The position numbers and the translations under genes are program-made. Of a stretch of DNA of 64,000 nucleotides, positions 12,767 to 26,856 are shown piece after piece. Within the stretch, counting starts at the first letter, position 1, and each line of letters begins with the position of its first letter. The notes below the pieces were generated by a model. The model worked only from the letters and a program-made list of their open reading frames with translations, had not been told where the DNA came from and did not search any database. This stretch comes from Lama guanicoe (lineage: Eukaryota), in the NCBI GenBank assembly GCA_013239625.1, contig MU053810.1:6234122-6298121 (forward strand), read 5' to 3'.

Positions 12767-14971
12767 GTTTGATATCCATTCATCATAAAAACTCTCATCA
12801 AAGTGGGTATAGAGGGAACACATCTCAACATTATAAAGGCCATTTATAACAAACTTACAGCCAAAATCACAATCAGTGGTGAAAATTTGAAAGCCCTTCC
12901 TTTAAATTCAGGAAGAAGACAAGATGCCACTTGTATTTAACATAGTATTGGAAGTCCTAACCACCACAATCAGACAAGGGGGAAAAAAAAAAAAGAAAGG
13001 CATCCAAATTGGAAGGGAAGAGGTAAAATTATCACTATTTGCAGATGACATGATACTTTATATGGAAAACCCTAAAGTCTCCACCCAAAATTATTAGAAC
13101 TAATAAATGAATTCAGCAAGTTGCAGGATACAAGATTAATATAGAGAAGTCTGTTGTGTTTTTACACACTAATAATGAACTATCTAAAAGAGAAAGTAGA
13201 AAAGCAATCTTGTTTAAAATCACATCAGGAAGAATAAAATACTTAGGAGTAAACTTAACCAAGGAGGTAAAAGACCTATACTCCAGTAGCTAAAAACATT
13301 TCTGAAGGAAACTGAATATGTTACAAAGAAATGGAGAGATATCCTGTGCTCTAGGATTGGAGAAAGTAATATTGTTCAATGGCCATCCTACCCAAAGCAA
13401 TCTATAGATTTTAAACTATCCATGACATTTTTCACAGAACCAGAACAAATGATCCTAAAATTCACATAGAACCACAAAAGAATGTGAATTGCCAAGGCAA
13501 TATTAAGAAAATAGAACAAGCTGGATGTATCACCCTCTCTGAGTTCAGACTATACTACAAAGATACAGTAATCAAAACAGCATGGTACTAGCACAAAAAC
13601 AGACACAAAGATCAATGGAATGGAATAGAGAGCCCAGAAATAAACCTATGTAGCTGTGATCAATTAATCTATGACAAAGGAGTCAAGAATAAACAACGGA
13701 GAAAAGACAGTCTCTTCAACCAGTGGAGCTAGGAAAACAGGATAGCTACGTGTAAAAATGGGACTAGAACATAACCTCAGATCATCTACAAACAGAAACT
13801 CAAAATGGGTTAAAAACCTAAATATAAGACCTGAAACTAGAGAACTCCTAGAAGAGAAAACACATGGAACACTCTGACTTAAATCACAGCAATATTTTTG
13901 GGGATCTGCCTTCTAAGGTAAAAGAAATAACAAAAGCAAAAATAAACAAATGGGACCTAATTAAACTTAAAAGCTTTTGCACAGTAAAGGAAACCATTAA
14001 CAAAAAGACAACCTATAGAATGGGAGAAAAAATTTGCAAATGATGTGACCAACAAAGGGTTAATATCCAAACTATAGAAACAGCTCATACAACTCAATAT
14101 GAAAAAAAAAACATTAAAAAATGGGCAGAACACCTGAATAGACATTTTCCCAAAGAACACATACAAATGACTAAAAGGCACATGAAAAGATACTCAACAT
14201 TGCTAATTGTTAGAAAAATCCAAATCAAGACCACAATATCATCTCACATCTATCAGAACAACTATCATCAAAAAAGTCTACAAATAACAAATATTGGAGA
14301 GGATGTGGAGAAGAGGAAACCCTCATGCACTACTGGTGGGAATGTAAATTGGTGCAGTCACTATGGAAAACTGTATGGAGGTTCCTTAAAAAACGAAAAA
14401 TAGAACTACCATATGATCCAGCAATTCCATTCCTGAGTATAAAACAAAAATGCTAATTTGAAATGATACAAGTACTCCAATGTTCATAGTAGCATTATTT
14501 ACAATAGGACAACAGCCAAGATATGGAAGCAATTCATGCATGTATGTGAATATTACTCAGCCATAAGGAAGAATGAAATTGTTATTTGCAGTAACATGGT
14601 TGGACCTAGAGAATATTATGCTTAGTGAAATAAGTCAGACAAAGGAACACAAATATCGTGTGATACCATTTATATGTGGAATCTAAAAAACAGTGGAAAT
14701 GAATGTATATGCAAAACAGAGACAGACTCACAGATGTAGAAAACAAACGTGGTTATTGATGGGGGAGGTGAAATTAGGGGTATGGGATTAAAAGATACTA
14801 ACTACTACGTATAAAATAAATAAGCAACAGGATATATTGTACAGCGCTGGGTATGATAGCCATTATCTTGTAACAACTTTAAGTGGAGTATAATCTGTAA
14901 AAATACTGAAAATCACTGTGCTGTACATCTGAAACTAATGTAATACTGTGCACCAACTATAGTTCAATTTA
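12767..14971 (+). mobile_element. 5'-truncated LINE-1 (ORF2 RT/C-terminal part + 3'UTR), degenerate
   Basis: ctatttgcagatgacatgat (LFADDM) and further ORF2-like text with stops. Degenerate TSD aaaatataattgtct (12752-12766) / aaagtacaattgtct (14972-14986) at a ttt|aaaa site. Confidence 0.9.
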
Positions 14972-17900
14972 AAAGTACAATTGTCTTCCAGTTATGATGT
15001 CTTCAGGTGGCCTTGGTACAGCTTGTAAATCTGCATCTTACCATGAGCTCTAGGTCATTTGAGACTTCTAGGGAGGCAGCTGCTTTTTGGTGGGAATATT
15101 AGGTATCTCCTCTGTGCAAAGGGAAATTTTCTGTCATGCCTAAGAACAAAGAAAAAGCTACAAGGATGACATGGTGCTACTTGACTGAGACAAGGTGGCT
15201 TACATCAACCACATGCCCAGGACAGACAAAAGTGGTCTAAGTTATTAATTTATGGAGACAGTTGACTAATGGACAGTTTTTCATGTAGGTGTTTTCAGTC
15301 TAAAGAGTTACACAATTCAGTTCTTAGATATTCATTATATGTTTTGCTGCTTAAAAAATATTATTCAATTATTTATTCTTTATTCCTTTAAAATACAATT
15401 TTCAATTGTTACTGCTTTTTTATCACCTCCGTGCCCTTAGTAAATGCCTTCTACATTCATTTGTGTATGGTCCTCCTGCTCAGCATTTACGTGTTTATAT
15501 ATTAACTTCTATAGATCAAAATCTCAAGTCTTAGACTATCCATATTCACTAAGAAGGTCCCTAGTAGGTCAATATAAGCAAAGTATAACCTCCAAAACCA
15601 AAATTATGGTTTCATTCCGCTGGGTCAAAATAAATTGTGATGATCTGGGAACCAGATAACAGAACTCAGACCCTAGTTAATATTCTTTTTATTATGTGAT
15701 GTGAGCTTGTCAGGAAAAGATACACCTCTTTGTCAGGGGTTAAGTCCATTATACATTCTAAGCCTTGTTCCCCTATTCAGGCTGAACACAACTTAGATGT
15801 TTCAATTCCTTCTGGAGTCATCTCAGTGACAAAAGTTATTGGGTGTATTTAGGAATATTGATCAGGAGTTAAACCAAAATGATCACATAGAGAGCACAGT
15901 TCAAGGTGTCAAAAGATATTTAACTTCGCTCATAATCCACCGGACTAGTAGTCACTTCCCTCCCGGGGCCTCATTTTCTCACCTGTGAAATGAGAATTGA
16001 ATTGGGGGTCCATGAAGATTCTGGTTACTCCTCAGTTCCATGAGCATATGGTAGAGAGAGCGTGGGGAAATTCCAACCCATTTAACACTGAACCCAAGAA
16101 AGGAATGGATCAGATTCTTTAGTACATCAGACACCAGTCACCAAAAATAATTCAAGCAGCCTATGGGAATTTTGTTGTTGTTTTTGTAACTGAAACATGA
16201 GAACAGGGCTGGCTCCCTTCTAAGTAGTCATTGCAAACATCTAAACCTATTTCTTCACCTTCAGGACCCAGGAAGCCTTATTAAGGAAGGCAGGTTAGGC
16301 ATTGTAGGCAATCATTTTGATTGACTATTTGGCATTATGTAAAGTTAAAATAACTGTGAAATGTTCCTGGCAAGAAAATAATACACATACACATGTAGAG
16401 AGAGAACTATACTGAGATACTGAGAGCCTATAATTAGGATTATGTTTGAAAGATATTTTCTGCTCTAAACTTATATTTCTACTTAGTTTGGATGAGAGTT
16501 TTGGTAAATAATAGTTCTCTTGAGTGGAAGTGACTAGGAGTCTAGGTTGGTGGGTTCACTGGGTCAGAAGATAATTACTTAGTAGAGCCTGGAATGAAAA
16601 GTGGAGGTTTGGGCATAAGGCGAGTGTGACGGTGTGAGGAACCCTCCTTAAAGGAGGCTATATTTTTGTCATATTCCTAATCTGTTGGCTCTGATACTAT
16701 AAAAAGTAGTACCAAGATAAGGATCTAACTTCCTAGGATGGCTGTTTTTGTCTGGTTTCTATTAGATTTTCATTTAAAAAAATATTGTGAGCACTCACTG
16801 AGTTTCAGCATAAAATAACCATTTCCTTAGTGTAAAAAGAAACTCTTTAAAGGAGTTGCCCCATAAAACCTCAAAGAAGGGGCTTTGTTACTTCTGACTG
16901 TCTCATGCTGTTGAAGTGCATGTCGTTGTTTTTTGTGTGCTATCAACACAGAAGCTTTGAGGATGAAGATTTGTTAACCTAAATGTTATCATATTATTTG
17001 AACATCCCAGGGCTGGCTAAGTGATTTTGTAAAGGGATTTGTAGAAAACTTGTGTACAGAACTCCTCAAGTACCCTTTATATTAAAAAAAAAATGTGTGC
17101 AGGACAGTGAGACTTTTACCAGGGAAATACTTAGAAAGAGCCCATATTACTTTTTCTTATTTCCCTTCCCCTAAAAGGCTTATTTAAAACATTAGTCCAG
17201 AAGTTAGACTCACTTAGTTTTTGATTTTTCTGTAGAATTGGTTAGTAAGTGTAGTTAGTAGTCATTTGCCATCTCTAGGCATTAGATAAAATCTCTTTTG
17301 AAATCGTGATTTTTTTTTTGTCCAGAACTGACCGAAATATTAGCAGTCCAATGTCCAGCCATCTAATTTCACAAACAAATTTTGTGCCCGTGAGTAGAAA
17401 AAGGGAGGAAATGTTAGGGTATCATGGTGATCAGATTAAATTATTCTTCCTAACTTAGCTTCCTCATTTCTAAGTTTGTTTTTGGCGTCCACTAGCTGTG
17501 TGAGTTCTCCTTTCTTTTTTTTTAGTTCATAAAAAGCTATTCACGTATGACTAAAAATAGAGCCCATATCTCACCAGATTGGTCACTGGAGAAGAGCCTA
17601 TGTGAAACACACACACACACACACTTGCCCACGCACAGGCACACACATATATATCTTTCTCCTCAAAGGCCTTGATTAGCTGTCAAGTTAGCATTTCCTG
17701 CACATGGGATTCTCTCCTATGGTTAATTCAATTCTGTGGATAGCTTTGGGTAACCACTGGCTAAATGGCATTGTGTTTTGAGCTCTGATTGTATGTGGAG
17801 TTAAAAAAAAACACACAGGTTTATTTTTTTATCAAGGTCTAGTACCTTTGATTTTCAGAGGCACCTATTAAAATTTGATGCTCTTAAACTTAAAAGAATC

Positions 17901-18012
17901 TAAGGTTTTTTGGAACATGCAAATAAGCAAAGAACCTAATAATTCATATTGGCGCATAGGTAGAGTGTTTGGGATACTTAGGATTTTTTTAAGTTTAAAG
18001 CTTTCAATCTCT

Positions 18013-18050
18013 GCCCAGCTAGCTCAGTCGGCAGAGCATGAGACTCTTAA
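18013..18050 (+). pseudogene. 5' half tRNA-Lys(CTT) tailless retropseudogene
   Basis: gcccagctagctcagtcggcagagcatgagactCTTaa matches nt 1-38 of tRNA-Lys-CTT with 2 mismatches and stops just after the anticodon. No poly-A; flanked by (tt)aagtttaaagctttcaa / (tt)aagtttaaagtttccaa. Confidence 0.88.
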
Positions 18051-18944
18051 GTTTAAAGTTTCCAAAATAATTCGTATTATTTAAATTGCCATTTTAAACT
18101 CAATGCACAGCATTTTCAGTGCTTGAGCTTGAATGGAGAATGAACAGTTGTGTGGGAGACATTGTTTTTGTTCCTATGACGTTACAGGAGGAAATTAAAT
18201 CCCATCTCAGGATGCACTAGTCCTACAACTGGACAAGCTGACCCATTGCAAAGGGTCAACAGAAATTTATTGAGATGCTGAAGAGCCAACACACAGTTGT
18301 TGCTGACTGGCAGCAGAAATCACAGAATAACAGCAAACATTGACTAGCCAGCAACAAACTACTCTAGACCAGCCAAAGGGAAAGTGAGAGCAAATGAGTC
18401 TAATGAAAGTCCAGTGTGGGCTCTGATCTGGTGCAGCAGGTGTCTTTCCCCAGCTCCCGGGAAGACGTCCACGGTTACATCTTTGGGACTACAGATCCAG
18501 TCAGAATCCACCTCCCAGCGTCTCACTGTCTTGGAAAATTGAATCTGATGTGAAAGAGATTAATGCCAGTGGCCCTAGACTGTGGTCTTTTTGTGAAAGT
18601 GATAAATTTTACAATTTTTACAGGATCATCACAGTGTGAAAACTGCACTTTATGCCCCACTGGGCTTTTCTCAAATGTCTGAATGTTCTACAAACACAGA
18701 TCATCTTTGTCAGAAAATACAATTTTGTCTATTATAACTAGTGAATTAAAAGTATCCCTGTAAGGCAGTGGGGATGCATTCCCTAAAGCTGATGAAGTAA
18801 TTATGACTTTTAAGTTCAGTTTTACTTGGGTCAATATAAATATGTTAATGTAAAAATTTTCAAATTAACTTAAAATGATATATAATGAACAATCTGAAAG
18901 ATTTTATTTGCCATAAATATACTGGTAAAAATGGTGTAACCTAA

Positions 18945-19390
18945 ATAATTTTTTAAATTGACATTTAGTTGACTTATAATGTTGTGTTAGTTTCTGGTGT
19001 AAAGCATAGATATTCAGTTGTACATACATATATATATGATATATATATCACATATATATATTCTTTTTCACTATAGGGTAATTACAATATATTAAATGTA
19101 GTTCCCTGTGCTATACAATAGAACCTTGTTGTTAATCTATTTTTATATTAATTTTGAAAAGCAAAATGGTTTCATCTTCTAGTGTGTTGTATTTGCTCCC
19201 CCCCACCATAGTTTATCCGTTTTATATAAAGTAGTTTGTATCTGCTAATCCCAAATTCCTAATTTATCCCTCCCCATCCTTTTCCCCTTTGGTCACCACA
19301 AGTTCGTTTCCTATGTCTATGAGTCTCTTTCTGTTTTATAAATTCATTTGCATCATTTTTTAAGATTCCACATGTAAGTGATACCACCTG
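18945..19390 (-). mobile_element. LINE-1 3'UTR fragment with (TA)n
   Basis: ttgacttataatgttgtgttagtttctggtgta..., agttccctgtgctatac, ttaagattccacatgtaagtgata: antisense of the same 3'UTR type as 14600-14970. Confidence 0.85.
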
Positions 19391-20929
19391 AATAACCTCT
19401 TATGCACAGATACACAAACAAAATATACCTATAAAACATATCTAAACTTGGTTGGTATTTCTACTACCAAGTTTATCTTTCAGTAATTTAGAGAGAAAAG
19501 TATATAATTTCCTGAAAATAAGATGACCAAATAAACAATCCAGTGCCCTTATATCATCTCTGTTTTTGTGACTCACAATGTGATTATTATACTTTTTAGG
19601 ATGGAGACAAAGGCATCTAATTGTCAAATACATGTAGCGAAGAGACAAAATGTCTAAATACTCCCAGTAATCTATTTATGAAGTGTCTATTTTTTGTAAG
19701 AATGCAAGAATGGATAATAATAGGCCCAGATTCCATCGCTTGAGGATTTTTCAAACATATACACACTCTCACATACCCAAATACACAGGCTATTAATCTT
19801 TCCTCAAATGCAAAGTAGTAAATTTCTGGACTTTTGGGGGTAAATTCTAGTTCTAAATTGCCTTCCTCTTACCGATGTAGCCTCTTGGGAATTTCTCAAC
19901 ATTTGCCTGTGAGTTCTTAGCAAACTCAAATATATTTTAAGAGTTACAAGGCAGAATGTAATTTAGAAGGTAAATTGGATGCAAAGGATTTAAACAATGC
20001 AGTTAAAAGCCAAAATGACTTGAGTTGAGTTTCCTAGATGCTTCCTTTAAGTAATACAGCTAACTGATCCAGCTCAAAAAAAGGTTAAAACTAGTTCTCT
20101 GATTAAGCAGAAACTCCCTCATGGTTGATGGCAGGAATTCATCCTCAGGGTTAAATTTCATTTTATTTTCTCTTGGAGGCAGAGTTCATTTCTCAATGAT
20201 AGAAAAGAGTAGTGAAAGAATGTGATCCACAGCATCTCCCTTTGTGAGTACGAGCTCAGTGAGCTGATGGAAGAGAATTAGGGAGCTTCTGCTTCCCCCT
20301 TTTACTTCAGAGCGTAGAGCAAGGACCTCTGCTTCTTCATCATTCCTCCCTATTGGTCATTAGGAAGAAAGGAGATGATTGGGGTGGAAAACTGCAAGTG
20401 TGAGGGAGGAGTGTATTTTGATTAGAGATAAGAAGGCTGACAAGAGAACTTTATTGTCTTCTAGTTTATGAGACTTTTTAGTGAGATATTGTTTGGAAAA
20501 GTTGCTTGAAGATAGAAGCCTGAAACAGTGAGTCTAGACTGATTGATACCTTGAGTTTCCCGTGGTACTTTTCCCATTTATCAACAAATGACTTTGGAGT
20601 TACCTGACCATGCAAGTCCTTTTGGGGAGAGGACAGCTATTATCACTTAAGTCTGTTGCCCGATTAGGTTATACTGTCCACTGGGCCATGTTTGCAGTTT
20701 CTGGAGTCCTTCCTGAACTTAGAATTGTATTTAGTTTGAATTATGATACATTTAGGAGAGTTCACTGGAATTTACAGTATGGTTAGCTTACAAACAAATT
20801 ATTGTATAAAAAAGATTGGTGTTTGTGGTTGAGAAGTTTTGTTGTTTTTGCTTTTGCTTTTGTTTTTTTTCTCCTCTCCTTGGACTAGTAAGTTTTTTAG
20901 ACTAGTTAACAGCTTTAGAATCTTTTGGT

Positions 20930-21975
20930 TAAAAAATAACAACAAAATAGAATGAAAAAGAGTGAAGACAGCTTAAAGGCGACCAATCCCAGAAGGATGA
21001 AAGAGACAGAAAGTTTTTTTGAAGAAATAATGACTAAAAACTTCCCTAACCTGGGTACAGAAACAGATATTAGATCCAGGAAACCCAAAGAGGACCACAT
21101 AAGATGAATCTAAAGAGACCGAGACTGAGACACACCATAATTAAATTATCAAAAGTTAAAGACAAGAAGAGAATCTTAACAGCAGCAAGAGAAGACAACT
21201 TGTTATCTACAATATACCCCACAAGACTATCACCAAACTTTTCAGCAGAAACCTTGAAAGCAACAGAGTGGGGTGATATAGTCAAAGTACTGAAAGAATT
21301 AAACTGCCACTCAAGACCATCTGGCAAAGTTGTCTTTCAGAATTGAAGGAGAGCTACTGAGTTTCAAGATAAAGAAAAGGTGAAGGAGTTCATTGCCACT
21401 AAACCAGCCTAACAAGAAATCTTAAAAGAAATTCTTCAAGCTGAAATGAAAATATGTTAATTAGTAACAGGAAAACACATGAAAGTATAAAACTCATTGG
21501 TAAAGATAAATGTATAGTTAAATTCAGAATACTCTAAGATGGCAATGGTGGTGGGTAAATCACTTATAGCTCTAGTCTAAAAGACTACTGGAAGTCCTTG
21601 CCAGAGCAATTACACAAGAAAAAGAAATAAAAGGCCTCTTAACCAGACTAGGAGTAAAGCTATCCCTATTTGCAGATGACATGATATTACATATAACAAA
21701 CCTTAAAGATACCACCAAAAACTGTTAAAACTAATAAACAAATTCTGTAAAGTTGTAGGATACAAAATTAACACACAAAAATCAGGTGGGTAGAAGATGG
21801 AGGGTTGGGAAGTGACGGCTAAAATGTATGGTATTTCTTTTTGTAAAATGAAATGTTCTGAAATTGATTGTAGTGATGCACAACTGTGTGAATATTCTAA
21901 AAACCATGGAATTGTACACTTTAAGTGGGTGACTTGTGTGGTATATGAATAAAATAAATGTTACAAAAATTTTTT
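20930..21975 (+). mobile_element. Composite L1 remnant: ORF1 C-terminal part, short ORF2 RT piece and an old L1M 3' end
   Basis: RPRLRHTIIKLSKVKDKKRILTAARE (ORF1p-like); ctatttgcagatgacatgat at ~21666; gaattgtacactttaa 3'-end motif. Confidence 0.8.
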
Positions 21976-24900
21976 AAGTTGAGAAAGGGTGGATTTAGAA
22001 CTGAGAGACAAGAAATTGATGACTGGCACAAATTGCAAAATATTTGGACAAAAATGTAGCCATTTTTACTGTGTTAAATTGCAAAACTTTTTTTTCAATA
22101 AAAACAGGAAGCTGATAAAAATATCTGAAGTCTGGAAAGGTTAGGTGAGTTGCTCAGGACATGGTTTTTCTGACTCCTATTGTTTGCCATACAAGCCAAT
22201 ATTACTTCAAAGAAGTCTTTAGGAAAGGATTCTAACAACTCCTGGCCTTCCCAAGGAGAGGTGCTCTCTGAGAAATGTATAGTGGAACTAATTTATCTTT
22301 GACTTAGAGGTGTTAAAGGAGCAAAAAATCAAATAATTAAGGTGAGAAATGCAGGTCTGGGTGTGAACGTGGCTTCAAGTGTAGCTATGAAAAGCAGCTG
22401 GTTGGAAAATACGTTACCAGGCTGAAGATGGAAGGACTGTTGATGGAATGTAGGTAGCATTTTGAATTAAATTACTAAGAAGCTTTTGAGTTTTGATGAA
22501 AATAGACTCCTTTCTTAATACAAGAGAAACACTATTTCTTAGATGCAATACTCTTGTAATCCCTTATAAAACGTTTTAAACTTCCAAGACATAAATCAAT
22601 ACACAGTCCTGAATCATGCTTTAAATAGCTTTTCTCTGTGTGATACTTCACACTCAAGATTGTTTAGTTATAAAGTTTATGTTCACCTGCAGATGATCTG
22701 TAATGGTTTTCTCATTTTCATTGTATCTTTAGCACTGTGTCTTCCTTCTGTCTTTTCTATTTTGACAAATTGGGAAATGGGAGCCATGTGGCACATATTG
22801 TAATAACATTACTCGATATACATTGATTCCAGTTGCATTTAAAGACAGCATCTCTTTCCTTGAACAACAAGAGTTTTTGTTATATTTTGGAGATAATTTT
22901 TTTCTGAAAAGGTCAGGAATGTGGAAAGCGTATTTTTACTTTTAAAGGAAGAAAACATACATTTCATATTAACTGATGGAGATATACATTTTAAACAACC
23001 TGTTTTTCTAAATGTTTTCAATACACTGAAGTTTCCAGGGTTTCATCTAATTGATGTTTTAAAACTGATTATAATTTTTAGAGTTTGAATAGTTTCCTGC
23101 AGTGCAACAACTTTCATGCAATATTAGTAAGGGATTCAGAAATATTAAAGTACAAGTTTTGGAAAACATCATAGCTAATAAATCAGCTATCAGAAGTTTT
23201 AAAATTCAATAAAAATATGAGGCTGACTTGTAGTCTTGTCATGTGGCTTGTGTGTTGATTAGGAGAATTATGCTATAAAAGGCAGGAAGCTCCTAGATTT
23301 GGCAGACGAGTGATGAAGAGGATGGTCAGAGTCTTCATTTAGTTAACTTAAGGCCAACCCCATTATCTTTTAACCAGAGCATAAGCTCCCTGAGGACAGG
23401 ACTGGGTCACATGCTATAATGATAGATAGATGTAGTGAGAGATCCAGGAATGACTTTTCTGAATCGAATTGAATGGCAAAGTCCACTTAATAAATTCTTC
23501 TAGGTCTTTGGAAAATCTAGCAGCAAGCCCTCTACATGAGTGTTTAAAATGCAAACAGCCTGTTTTCTAGACAAAAGAAGACAATTAAATGGCTTTAATG
23601 GAAAAAAATATGCTTGGCAGTTTAAATTACTTATGAATGTATGAGCTTTCAAGTGTTAGTGAAACATGCTTCACACTCACATTTTGATGAGAAAATTTTG
23701 CAGCTAGTTCTACAAAGATCACTAGAAAGGTGAAGATCACAAAAAGAAAGGAAATCGAAAGCTTGAAACAGGTTGTCTCTCACACCCACTGTGCTGTTGT
23801 TGGCATTTCTTTGCTTCCCTGTCTGAAGCAGAGTGGACTTATCCTGTGCTACTGGCACCTCCTGGGAAATGAAATGGTTCTGAGGACTGTTTATTGTAGA
23901 TTGCAGATGGGAGGGGAAGAATAACTATCTGCACTCTTACACCATAAACGAGAGACCAGTAGATGTCAGCATGAAGACACAATCCTCTTGATTTCTGTTT
24001 CACCTAGTTGAAACGACTGGGTCCTGTTGCTCATAGAAACACAAGCAGCTGGAGCTTCCTCCCTCTTCCAGACGCCTGATTCTCCCCCTAGGGATAGCAG
24101 CACTCACTGCTATCTGTGGAAGAATTGTTTCATGCCCTTGGAAATCACCTGTGCCCCATTCCCATACACATGGTAACTCTCCACCCTTCACCCTTAGGAT
24201 TCTTACCCTAAATTTCTGGAGCAGCATCTTGGATTTCACATTTTTAATAATCTCTACAGTCCATTCTGATGTACAGTCAGGGTTGAGGACTTATGTCTGA
24301 AGGAGGAAATAAAAACATGACTTTGTTTCCAAGCATACTTGGTTTATCTAAATGTGTTATTGGACTTAACTCAGTTTTATGAAATCTATTTGATGGATTA
24401 TTGTTGTTGATTCATTTATTAATTCATGTATAATTTATTGAGTCCACTTTGCCCCAGGAGTTGTGCTAAGGAGGGTACCCCTAAGTGTGGCAGGGGAGAT
24501 AGTAAGAATCAAGTAATTTCAATATAAGGTGACAACTATGGTAGAGATAAACGCAGCAACGAGGACGAGCTCTTAACCTAAGGAACATGGCACAACTCAA
24601 GCACTGATGGGGAGGAGCGGGCAGGGAAGGAAGCCTGGACAGGCACGGGTGCCCCTGTCCTTGGTGCTGAACTCTCTCCTCACGGGCAAGGGTAAAGTTT
24701 TTCCTACCACCTGGCTTCTGATGATGTCTCTACTACCTCTCTCAATAATTCTGAACCAGATGAGGAAAGGGGTAGACAAAAAAATGAAGGCATCAACATA
24801 TAAGCAGATTAAAGAGATTACTGAAGAGACATCCACTGAGTTACTGACTCAGTGATGTGGGAGTGTGAGGAAGAAGGGAGCAGAGATTTTAAAGCATTAA

Positions 24901-25199
24901 TTCCCAAGAAGAAGTTTCTCCTCTGGAAAAGATAAGCACTCTAGTACTTTCTACAATGCTATACATATGAAAGCAGAGAATTCCTAGAAGCATTAATGAT
25001 CTGAAACGAGCCCTGAAATTCACCTCTAGGTAAAGGGGGCTTGAGACACACTCAGGGAGAGAAAGTATTATTAACAAAAAAAGAGAAAAAATGTGTTCAA
25101 TGACCCACACATAAGTTAAAATAGCAAGAACATATAGATATCACAATATAATGGTGACAATGTAGCTAGGAGTTAAGTCGTGGATGATCTTGCATGCAT

Positions 25200-26856
25200 A
25201 CATTGGTTCATTTGGTAGTGTCTCAGAAGTCTCTTAAACTGTTTTCACTCTTTTCCGTTTTTGCTCCTCTAATTAAATGAATTCCACTGCCCTGTTTCCA
25301 AGTTCACAGATCCTTTCTCCTGCTTCATTTAGTCTGTTGTCCAATCCCTCTATTAAATTTTCCTTTTCAGGTATTGCAGTCTTCAGTTCTGTGATTTGTT
25401 TGGTACTTTTAAATATTTTGTATCCTTGTTAAGCGCTGTTGGGTATTAGAACCAGGTGATTTGGAGGAAGACTTTGTTCCTAGGACGACTTTGTTGATGC
25501 AGTGCTCTCCTGACCTCAGTGAGCATCTTTATGTCTGTTATTTTAAACTCTCTATAGTGTAAATAACTTATTTCCATTTCATTAAGATTGGTTTCTGGAG
25601 ATTTATCTTGTTCTTTTGTTCGGAGCATATTCCCTTGTTTTCTCATTTTCCTTGACTCTTTGTGTTGGTTTCCACACATTAAATAAAACATCCACCTATG
25701 CCAGTCCTGACAGAGTAGTCTGTGTAGGAGATGAGTCTCATTAATCAACCTGGCCCAAGCTCCTCTTTGCCTCTCAAATTTTTGTGATTTTCTAAGCCTC
25801 CTTCTTAGTGGCTCCTGCTAACTGAGGGTGTGTCAAGACCCTCAGTGATCACAAAGGGGAGTACTGTATCCCAAGGGGGAGGACTCTAGTCATCACCTAA
25901 GATGTAGGCTGATTAGAAGCCAGACCCTTAGGTAGCAGCCAGGAAAGTATGTAGTTAAGCTCCTGTTGGTGAGAAACCTGGGAGATGGGCATTTTTGTTT
26001 TCTCCCTCTGTGTCTGGGAGTTATAGCTGCAGGGAGATGCTCCTGCACTCATTAAGAAGTATTTCTTTGTTTGCTAGTCCCATGGGACTCATGAATGCAA
26101 GCTCTGGTATCAGAACCAATCTCTGGTATTAGGACCAGGTGGTTTGGAGGCTTATCCTTAAGACGACTTCTGCAAAAACTGGGGCTCCACATGTGTGTAT
26201 AAGGTCCTTCCAGAGAGATACTGGTGATTTGGAGTGGGTTGGAGGAAGAAGGCAAGAGAGTATCCTCTGGCTTCCCTGGTCTCTGGGATGGATTGCAGCC
26301 AGCACCTACTGCTTGCTGAATTAGAAGCTTGACCCTCAGGTAGCAGCTTTGAAAGTATGCAGTTAAACCTCTTTCAGGAGAAGACAGGGACAGAGGTGAT
26401 TTTGCCTGTTTGTGCAGCACTGAGACCGGGCGCAGAGGTGGAGTGGGTGGAGATAGCTGCAGTGAGCAATCATGCATTGTCGTGAATTGCTCCTTTGTTT
26501 GCTGTAGACACAAGCTCTGCTGCCTTTCAGAACAAGGTTTTTTGGGAACCCGTATCTCTGGTGGGAGTTTTAAAAGTTGGAGTGCTAGATCCCAATGGGG
26601 TCCAAATCTTTCACTCCTCAAAATACAGCTGGGACTTAGGGGTTTCCTCCCAATCATTTTGGCTGTGCTAACAGGGAATTTATGGTGAGAGAGCATCTCA
26701 GCTTTTCCTGTTTCAATGTGGGTATTTTCTCATTTGTCTGAGGTGTAGGAGTCACTCAGCTGATTTCTGAATCTCTTTCAGAGGCAATTGCTCTGTGAGC
26801 AGATGTACATTTGGTGCACACAGAAGCCTCCTATGTTGCCATCCTGGTTGACTCTT
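25200..26856 (-). mobile_element. L1 5' portion (5'UTR with internal repeats + ORF1 start)
   Basis: ORF 25446-25748 MRKQGNMLRTKEQDKSPETNLNEMEISYLHYREFKI is ORF1p N-terminus-like. Repeated gaccct.aggtagcagc..gaaagtatg.agttaa; 5'-end-like ccaggatggcaacatag. Confidence 0.75.

Noticed and set aside
26052..26696. 214-aa ORF
   Set aside because: Lies within degenerate L1 5'UTR-like sequence, has no recognisable protein features and no splice or expression clues.
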